Below, piece by piece: positions 1 through 6,306 of a DNA stretch of 11,016 nt. Positions within the stretch are counted from its first letter, which is position 1. Every line of letters begins with the position of its first letter. The position numbers were made by a program, and so were the translations under genes. Below the pieces are notes generated by a model, which made no database searches, was not told the DNA's origin, and saw only the letters and a program-made list of their open reading frames with translations. The stretch is from Candidatus Heimdallarchaeota archaeon (GTDB taxonomy: Archaea > Asgardarchaeota > Heimdallarchaeia > JABLTI01). Where the stretch lies: positions 1-11,016 of the forward strand of contig JAUWKS010000091.1 in the NCBI GenBank assembly GCA_030614005.1, read 5' to 3'.

Positions 1-201
1 GCTTCCTCGCTCTGCTAGCACTATCACAGAAACGCCTTGTGGTCAGGCAACGACTCTTGAAAGAATTTCGAGAGAAGTTTTTTAGCGATATACAGCCAAT
101 CGTCAAACGAAAGTTCCTCCCTCACGGGAGTTGGGCGGACTCGCAGAAAGTCAAAAGTTAACACCAACTCTTTAAGAGTGCGTTAACCAAGATAGACCAT
201 G
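1..201 (+). ncRNA. Putative structured RNA (TnpB omegaRNA/right-end-like or intron-like 3' domain)
   Basis: 46% GC by manual count (92/200), higher than the visibly AT-rich flanks. Nested stems: 1-9 with 69-78 (one bulged A), 34-37 with 45-48, 85-88 with 141-144. GNRA loop in both copies and cUUCGg loop in copy B read on this strand. Loop 38-44 can pair with 195-201. The family assignment is inference only. Confidence 0.45.
78..201 (+). repeat. Dispersed structured repeat, copy A (3' end of a probable mobile element; probably extends to base 1 and beyond)
   Basis: Matches the reverse complement of 10892-11016 at 113 of 125 alignment columns (11 mismatches, 1 gap, manual alignment). Similarity stops abruptly after ...GATAGACCATG at 201. 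Contains hairpins AAC-GAAA-GTT (106-115), CTCCC-TCAC-GGGAG (117-130) and GTTAAC...GTTAAC (157-187). Confidence 0.95.
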
Positions 202-266
202 CTGATAGCAATCCTCGGGATATAAGAAAATTAACCGTAGAAGATGTTACTATCTGGCATGAATAA
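202..266 (+). pseudogene. Possible orphan 3' tail of a gene interrupted by repeat copy A (...ADSNPRDIRKLTVEDVTIWHE*)
   Basis: A frame stays open from the element junction to TAA at 264-266, 1 bp from the convergent stop of the DinB gene. It has no start codon of its own. Too short to assign a family and could be chance. Confidence 0.3.
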
Positions 267-267
267 C

Positions 268-759
268 TTATTGCCATTTCATTCTTTTACAATCCCATTC
301 TCGAAGCATTCGACCAAGCTCACCTAGATGATGTGCATTGTGTCTAAGTAAATACAATAACTTTTCAAAAATAGAACTGAACCATTTGAAATCATCTTTC
401 TGCAATAGGTTTTCAAATTCAATTCTCTTAAGATATTTTGTTATTTGTTTATTTATCTCTTCAAGGGAACCAATTAAAATGCCTTTTGAAGGGTATACTG
501 TTTCAACCGATAGATCTTTGTTATCTATATCTCCAAGAAGCTTACCCCAAACCATACCTTCAGGAGAATTTCGCATATAGAACTCTTGCGTTTCAATAAT
601 GTGGTATACGGTCCGGGAGAAATTCCAATCTTTATCTGTACCATACCAATACTCATCGGGGCAATTTTCTATGGCTAGTTTGAGCATTGCCCATGAACTA
701 GAAAATTGTGATAATAAACCGTTGGTGACCCAGATGCCTTTTTTCTCCTTGTTTGCCAT
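268..759 (-). CDS. DinB/YfiT-like (DinB_2) four-helix bundle protein, putative metal-dependent
   Basis: 163 aa. N-terminal helix His (VYHIIET) and C-terminal HxxHH (LRHNAHHLGEL) are typical of the DinB superfamily. SD-like GAGGT at 767-771 on the minus strand. Confidence 0.85.
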   Translation of the reverse strand: MANKEKKGIWVTNGLLSQFSSSWAMLKLAIENCPDEYWYGTDKDWNFSRTVYHIIETQEFYMRNSPEGMVWGKLLGDIDNKDLSVETVYPSKGILIGSLEEINKQITKYLKRIEFENLLQKDDFKWFSSIFEKLLYLLRHNAHHLGELGRMLREWDCKRMKWQ

Positions 760-778
760 TTTATTTACCTCATATTAA

Positions 779-798
779 TTAGTAGCATATGCTATTAA
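779..798. promoter_or_regulatory. Near-perfect 20-bp palindrome (candidate operator) overlapping the TATA-like box of the DinB gene
   Basis: TTAGTAGCATATGCTATTAA: 9 of 10 pairs complementary, with a perfect 12-bp core TAGCATATGCTA (783-794). On the minus strand, TTTTAATA (800-793) follows an A-rich BRE-like stretch. Confidence 0.5.
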
Positions 799-948
799 AA
801 GACTTTTTTTCATTTATTCAGATTATTCTTCTAGTAACTTGTCTAGCTGTTCTTTTTAATAAAAATGAACATGCTATTCATTATTAAATTAAAAATGAAA
901 TACTTTTATATTTTTTTAATTATTATAGGATCAAGGAAGGTGAATCTC

Positions 949-1428
949 TTGAAAGTAAGAGAAGATAAGCTGATTAAACAACTCTTAGAATCTAGTGAAC
1001 CCGCTGTTAGATTGAAAACATATTTGCGTTTGTTAGACCACGATTATGAAACAAGTGAAGTTAAGAGTGTAATTTCTGAAATAAGAACAAAATCATCTAT
1101 TACCTCTCAGCTATTTTCTTACCTCCCAAAAGATGAACAAAGTAAAATTGTTAATGTTTATACAAAATGGCAAGGAATCCATTGGATTCTTCCTAGTTTA
1201 GCTGATATTGGATATCCGCCTAAAGAGGATTTTTTACAATTAAGCATTGATCATGAATTAAAATGGTTATTAAGTGAAAAACACTGGAAGAAACGTCCTA
1301 TAATTAATGGACGAAGACGCTTTTGTGCATCACAGGAAAGTAATGGTCTTTATTCAATTCTCTCTCTAGGTTTTTCTGATGAGAGGAGCGATATCTTTGC
1401 GGAACGATTGATGCTTTGTATATACTAA
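949..1428 (+). pseudogene. 3'-truncated terpenoid-cyclase/prenyltransferase-like alpha/alpha-toroid family protein
   Basis: Likely start is TTG at 949 after SD-like GGTGA (939-943). Motifs YTKWQGIHWILPSLADIGYP and RRFCASQESNGLYSILSLG...ERSDIFAERL resemble the N-terminal half of this family. The QW-like (WQxxDGGW) repeat expected next is absent; the frame runs into AT-rich sequence and stops at 1428. Confidence 0.65.
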
Positions 1429-1446
1429 AAAAAGCAAAGAGAATAG
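1426..1446 (-). terminator. Oligo-T archaeal-type terminator candidate downstream of the GH20 gene
   Basis: Minus strand reads ...TTCTCTTTGCTTTTTTTA, about 30-50 nt after the GH20 stop codon. Confidence 0.35.
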
Positions 1447-1474
1447 ATATTGATTATTAATGCAGTTGTTGTAT

Positions 1475-2992
1475 TTAGTTAATTTTTTCAACAGCAACGT
1501 TAACATCTAAGAATTCCAACCGCTTAGTGAATTCTACCAATCTGTGTTTGAATTTCTTATAATTCTTCTTTTTCTTAGGTGTCCAAGCTGTTTCTGCGTA
1601 AGCAGTCAATCTTGGAAAAGTTTGCCATTCTAATCGTTTTAGGTTTGGTACACGTTCTGTCCATAATGGAGCTTCTAATCCCAGTAATTTTGATTTGAAT
1701 TTGGATTCCACTTTCGGAAATTTAGGTTCAAATTTGTAAGCTTTTCTAAGTGAAATTATTTTGTACGAATGATCAAGGTAGGTTTGTAGATAATTTGTAG
1801 CAATAACTTCTCCTCCCTTCCTCATGTGTTCAGCTGCTTTCCTTTTATTTCCTAACCAAAACTGACATATAGCCTCTTTTGAGAGCGTTGGATCTAATAT
1901 CTCGTTCCAACCCATCAATCTTTTTCCATGTGTTTCAAGGAATTTAGCAAAATAGTTTGTCAAGTAAACTTGTAATTCTTCTTCTTTATCGAATCCTAAT
2001 TCCTTCATTTTTTGTTGGCAATTTGGGCACGATTTCCATCTTTTTTTTGGGGTTTCATCACCACCAATATGAATAATTTTTGTAGGAAATATTTCCATTA
2101 CTTCTATAAGCACATCTTCCAGGAATTTGTATACATTCTCTTTTCCTAAACAATAAACATCGGAAAATATCCCCCATTTTGTAGGAACTTCAAAAGGTCC
2201 TCCTGTACAGCTTAATTCAGGATAGGCAGCTAATGCTGCGGTGCAATGACCCGGCATTTCAATTTCAGGAATTACTTCAATAAACCTTTCATCTGCGTAA
2301 TCAATAATTTCTTTTAATTCCTCTTGATTATAGTATCCTCCAATAAAATCTGGATCCTTAAGATTGGACTCTTCACCTCTGTTGGTTTTTATCTTCCTTT
2401 TTGAACCAATCTCTATTAATTTAGGATATTTCTTAATCTCAATTCTCCATCCTTGATCATCGACTAAATGCCAATGAAATTTATTCAGCTTATGTAGAGC
2501 CATCAAATCAAGGATTTTCTTCACAATCTCTTTCCCCATAAAATGCCTTGCTTCATCTAGCATAAACCCCCGCCATTTGAATCGAGGATAATCTATGATT
2601 TCAACACAAGAAATAAACCATTCATTGTTCTTTATCATTTTTTGACTTTCTATCTCAGGTGGTAACAATTGTCGTAATGTTTGAATGCCATAAAAAATAC
2701 CCGCCGAATTCTTAGCTGAAATCTCTACTCCTTCGTTTTTAACTTTTAAAATATAACCTTCATCAGAAAGATTCCAATTGGATTTTGCTAGTTTGAGTTG
2801 AATTTGGTTGTTTTTTTGCAAATCTTTTTCCTTAAATTTAAAACCCGTTGAGGGGGTTAATTTTTCTCTCAGATAGTTACCTAACTCATTAAGTTCTTTA
2901 TCAGCATAAACACTAGTATCTTGATCGAGTTTAAAAGAACCATTTTTAATTATAAATTCAACAGATTCAGGAATGATTGCTATCATTAGCAC
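1475..2992 (-). CDS. Beta-N-acetylhexosaminidase, glycoside hydrolase family 20 (GH20b + catalytic domain), no signal peptide
   Basis: Motifs DYPRFKWRGFMLDEARHF, HWHLVDDQGWR, PEIEMPGH, catalytic HIGGDE and GLEAPLWTE. Start is GTG 2992 or ATG 2986. Confidence 0.95.
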   Translation of the reverse strand: MLMIAIIPESVEFIIKNGSFKLDQDTSVYADKELNELGNYLREKLTPSTGFKFKEKDLQKNNQIQLKLAKSNWNLSDEGYILKVKNEGVEISAKNSAGIFYGIQTLRQLLPPEIESQKMIKNNEWFISCVEIIDYPRFKWRGFMLDEARHFMGKEIVKKILDLMALHKLNKFHWHLVDDQGWRIEIKKYPKLIEIGSKRKIKTNRGEESNLKDPDFIGGYYNQEELKEIIDYADERFIEVIPEIEMPGHCTAALAAYPELSCTGGPFEVPTKWGIFSDVYCLGKENVYKFLEDVLIEVMEIFPTKIIHIGGDETPKKRWKSCPNCQQKMKELGFDKEEELQVYLTNYFAKFLETHGKRLMGWNEILDPTLSKEAICQFWLGNKRKAAEHMRKGGEVIATNYLQTYLDHSYKIISLRKAYKFEPKFPKVESKFKSKLLGLEAPLWTERVPNLKRLEWQTFPRLTAYAETAWTPKKKKNYKKFKHRLVEFTKRLEFLDVNVAVEKIN

Positions 2993-3122
2993 AACACAAA
3001 AAAGAATAAGTTTCTCAATAAAAAAACATTTTCTACTTTAAATGAAATCATCTTAAAATTTAAACTCAATATCCTTAATATACCAATAAAACCAAGTAAT
3101 TTCTGTTAAAGAGGTAGTCATC

Positions 3123-4100
3123 TTGACGGATCAGAAAATAAATGAAGAAGAAGCTCATTGGCGAGATATAGTTAGTAGAGAATCTGAAAACGTTGAAGCG
3201 TGGGCTAATCTTGGAAAAGTCTTGAACATCAAAAATGATTTTATTGGTGCTGTAGAAGCATTAAGCACTGCTTTAGAGTTTAAACCAGATGATGAATGGA
3301 TTCTGTTCGAATATGGGTATGCTCTAAGCATGCAAGATAATTATGATGAAGCAGAGAAGATTTATCGTAAACTTCTCACAACAAAACCAAACCAAATCAG
3401 TATCTGGTACAATCTCGCTTTGATATTGAATAAAAAAGAAGATTGGGAAGCAACGAGAGAGGCATATTTGAAAATTTTAGAGCTTGAACCAAACGATAAA
3501 CATTCCTGGGTAAATTATGGCGCTCTATTAAATAGATTAAGAGAGTTAGAGGAAGCCGAACAAGCTTTCAGAAAAGCATTAGCAATTGACTCAAAATACA
3601 CAAAAGCGGCTCTAAATCTTGGGCTCTTATTAGAGGAGGACCTTAGTAATGTAAGTGCTGCTGCAGAAGTATACAAACAATCTTTCGCAGAAAATCCCTA
3701 CTGTATTCTCTTACTAGCCTATTATTACAGAACGATAGAAAATAATCGATATCTTCCATCAATTGTTGATGCACAACCAAAGAAAGATTTTACTTTTGAA
3801 GGATTCAAAGCAGTTGTAGTAGATGAGATTTACAGTATCGGTAAAATTGAATATGACTACCTTTTGTTTCTATATGATGATAAATCGAATGAACCTCTCT
3901 TTTATGTTTCATTGGAACGAAACACTCTCTTCAATGATTTAGGTCCACCTTCCCATTTTCTATGTGGATTTGACGAATCCGGACATTTGAATTATGGAGG
4001 GTTTGAAGAAGAAGTCAATTTAGCTAATTTTACAAAGAAAGCTTTAGAAATTGTTGGAAATAAATATGAAATACCAAAAGAGAAGTTACCTCTCGAATAA
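3123..4100 (+). CDS. Tetratricopeptide-repeat protein with an unassigned ~105-aa C-terminal alpha/beta domain
   Basis: About 5-6 TPR units (AWANLG, ILFEYG, IWYNLA, SWVNYG, AALNLG) spaced about 34 aa apart. TTG start with GAGGT upstream. Confidence 0.85.
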   Translation: MTDQKINEEEAHWRDIVSRESENVEAWANLGKVLNIKNDFIGAVEALSTALEFKPDDEWILFEYGYALSMQDNYDEAEKIYRKLLTTKPNQISIWYNLALILNKKEDWEATREAYLKILELEPNDKHSWVNYGALLNRLRELEEAEQAFRKALAIDSKYTKAALNLGLLLEEDLSNVSAAAEVYKQSFAENPYCILLLAYYYRTIENNRYLPSIVDAQPKKDFTFEGFKAVVVDEIYSIGKIEYDYLLFLYDDKSNEPLFYVSLERNTLFNDLGPPSHFLCGFDESGHLNYGGFEEEVNLANFTKKALEIVGNKYEIPKEKLPLE

Positions 4101-4210
4101 TAAATTACTAGCTTTATCTAATAGTTGTAAAAGAATGGAATATGGTCTAGATTTGGTTTTGGAATTACCAAATTTGAGTTTGTAATAGCAATCTAACCCA
4201 TTCTACTTTT

Positions 4211-5179
4211 TCATTCCAATCTATTCAATATTCTATAAACTAGAAAAGTTATCCATGGAGAGGGTTCTTTTTTCTGCCCAAAATCCCAGCCTTTTGCTGC
4301 TCTCCAAACGGATTCTGCTGAAAAGAATCCATTAGTATCAGCTTTTCTCTTAATAATGGATATCATTTCTAAAAATCGTTCATCTTTGTGTAAATTTGAT
4401 AGCTGACTAAGAACATCTGTCAGATGAATTATGTCGTACCAAATCATTGGTGCCTTTAATTTTTTAAAATCAGTACCCATTCCAAACAAATACGGTTTGC
4501 GTTCTTTCCGTTGAGTCCATAAACTAAGCAGTACTTCTGCTCCTTCGTATGCGATTTTATCTTTCTTCCATTTCGGATGTTGGATTAGAGCTTTCAAAGT
4601 GATTAGATTAGCATAAGGGCAAGGATCTCCTTTTCTTCCTGGGCCTCTGAACTTGCCTAATTTCTCAGAAACTGTGCAATGCCAACCGTTCTCTTTCTTC
4701 AAACTGATTAAATGATCATATGCTCTTTCAAGTTTGTCAGTTCGGTCCAAACCCAATTTCATCAGTGAGTACAAAACTGTCGGAGCATCACATAGCATCC
4801 ATGTGGAATCATCCTCTCCTGAACCACCAAAATGAGTTGGTATATTCATAATAATCTCAAAAGATCCTTCTGATGATTGTGTTTTGAGTATTCGCTCGAT
4901 AACTTTTCCGATTTTAGCGTCTTCTTTTCTCAATCCAATATCAGCTAGAAATGACAATTTATGGATTGAATGTTTAGCATCATTGTGCCTTTTCAAAGCT
5001 GCACCTGGCCATAGCAATAATTCTTCAATAATAGTCGTTACTCTCTGATCTGCTATAATTTTTGATTTAATTTCTATAATTTGTTCATTCATGTTCTTAG
5101 TTTTCAAGAATTCAATCCTTGAATTGTATTCAACAAAGTGTTCTGATTGTAAAAGCCAGTCTAGTACTACTTGTTCCAT
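4211..5179 (-). CDS. Terpenoid-cyclase/protein-prenyltransferase-like alpha/alpha-toroid fold protein of unknown function
   Basis: QW-like repeats (KTQSSEGSF, LKKENGW, KADTNGFF) plus GDPCPYAN and APMIWYDIIHLTDVL segments. Likely start is ATG 5179 after GGTGGGG, rather than 5191. Confidence 0.7.
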   Translation of the reverse strand: MEQVVLDWLLQSEHFVEYNSRIEFLKTKNMNEQIIEIKSKIIADQRVTTIIEELLLWPGAALKRHNDAKHSIHKLSFLADIGLRKEDAKIGKVIERILKTQSSEGSFEIIMNIPTHFGGSGEDDSTWMLCDAPTVLYSLMKLGLDRTDKLERAYDHLISLKKENGWHCTVSEKLGKFRGPGRKGDPCPYANLITLKALIQHPKWKKDKIAYEGAEVLLSLWTQRKERKPYLFGMGTDFKKLKAPMIWYDIIHLTDVLSQLSNLHKDERFLEMISIIKRKADTNGFFSAESVWRAAKGWDFGQKKEPSPWITFLVYRILNRLE

Positions 5180-5281
5180 AATCCCCACCAATCAATTATC
5201 ATTAGTTTCATTATAATTTATAAGTATTGTAGATAATAAGGTCAGCTATGCAAAAACAAATATTCACCCAATATTAGTTAG

Positions 5282-5304
5282 AATAAAAAAATAAAAAGTA
5301 AAGA
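5282..5304 (-). terminator. Oligo-T terminator candidate downstream of the SDR gene
   Basis: Minus strand reads TTCTTTACTTTTTATTTTTTTATT immediately after the TAG at 5311. Confidence 0.4.
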
Positions 5305-5310
5305 ATTATA

Positions 5311-6150
5311 CTATTTCTTTCTTTTTGCTTCTTTTTTCATCATTCGATTCATTTTCATTGCGCCGCGGATGAGTTTGAAAAGTGAGAAACCTCTGAAATT
5401 TTCACCGTTTTTGTTGTTCTCTGGCAAAACATAAGGAATAACTGTTAAGCAACTTTTACGAATATCACCAGACATATACTCAAAAGCCAGTTCTATGTTA
5501 GTTTCCATTTCTTCGTTAGATTTCCAACCAGAAACTATTTTCACATCTTTAGAAAGATTCGTTTTCAACATACCTGGTTGGTAGATGTTGATTTTAATGT
5601 CCTCCTCTCTTTCAGAGAGTTCAAGAGCTAAACATTTCGAGAAAGTAACTACTCCTCCTTTTGAAGCAGAATAGAGAGTCATATTACCAAGTGGTCTATC
5701 AGCGCCACCGCCTGAAAGAGTAACTATTCGACCATACTTTTGTTTGATCATCTCAGGCAAAACTGCAGAAATGGCATTCATTGTTCCGATTAAATTAGTA
5801 CCGATAATTATTTTCGCATCTTCAGCTACTTCTTCTGAAGTTAAGTAATTAAATGGTCCATATCTGCGGTTTAAACCTGCATTTGCCACTAGAATTCTAA
5901 CAGATCCAAATTTCTCAACTGTTTTCTGAACTGCATTTTTTAGTGCTTTTGGATTAGAAACATCACAAGGAAAACCAATAACAGAATCACCGAATTTAGT
6001 TTTAAATTCCTCAACTGTTTTCATTACTTTCTCCGGATTTCTCGAACAGATCGATACTTTACATCCTTCTTCAAGAAAAGTTTTTGCTAATTCTTTTCCA
6101 ATCCCGCTTGTTGCTCCTGTAATTATTGCTGTTTCATTTTTCATCGTCAT
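5311..6150 (-). CDS. Classical short-chain dehydrogenase/reductase (SDR), substrate unknown
   Basis: TGATSGIG Rossmann motif, ANAG motif and catalytic YSASK (YxxxK); 279 aa. Confidence 0.93.
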   Translation of the reverse strand: MTMKNETAIITGATSGIGKELAKTFLEEGCKVSICSRNPEKVMKTVEEFKTKFGDSVIGFPCDVSNPKALKNAVQKTVEKFGSVRILVANAGLNRRYGPFNYLTSEEVAEDAKIIIGTNLIGTMNAISAVLPEMIKQKYGRIVTLSGGGADRPLGNMTLYSASKGGVVTFSKCLALELSEREEDIKINIYQPGMLKTNLSKDVKIVSGWKSNEEMETNIELAFEYMSGDIRKSCLTVIPYVLPENNKNGENFRGFSLFKLIRGAMKMNRMMKKEAKRKK

Positions 6151-6306
6151 TTTTATCGGTCTTACTTTCCTATGAAAGGATATAAACTGTCCGATTTATT
6201 AATTCATTTTTTTTCAGTCCCTAATTTTAAGGACAAAAGTTTCTTTTTCAACAAGTCTTTACTTAAGATTAAAAAAACAAAATGTTGTTTGATTAATTTG
6301 ATAAAA

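Noticed and set aside
157-188. Integron attC site (…GTTAAC…GTTAACC followed by ATG)
   Set aside because: Only about 32 bp, well below attC length. No L boxes, poor RYYYAAC/GTTRRRY match, no tandem cassette array and no integrase.
94-200. Group II intron 3' end (terminal CAT, possible bulged A at -7, AGC and GAAA upstream)
   Set aside because: No canonical 34-nt domain V immediately before the putative domain VI, and the basal pairing is only 4 bp. Kept only as a minor alternative.
141-201. Group I intron core (CTCGCAG resembling Q, AAGATAGAC resembling S)
   Set aside because: No R element, P7 or P3 pairing, and no room for P9 before the terminal G.
338-580. 80-aa ORF on +
   Set aside because: Antisense shadow of the DinB gene with no recognisable motifs.
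865-948. Hydrophobic N-terminal extension of ORF 865-1428 resembling a signal or TM segment
   Set aside because: It translates an AT-rich promoter region. A better start (SD GGTGA plus TTG 949) lies downstream.
2975-2985. 11-nt match TGATAGCAATC between the flank of copy A (203-213) and the GH20 start region, suggesting guide-directed repression
   Set aside because: The first putative guide base mismatches, the match is short, AT-rich and found post hoc, and a flank-derived guide is expected to target the empty allele. Most likely chance.
6172-6306. 45-aa N-terminal extension of the aminotransferase
   Set aside because: Low-complexity intergenic sequence; family homology starts after ATG 6307.
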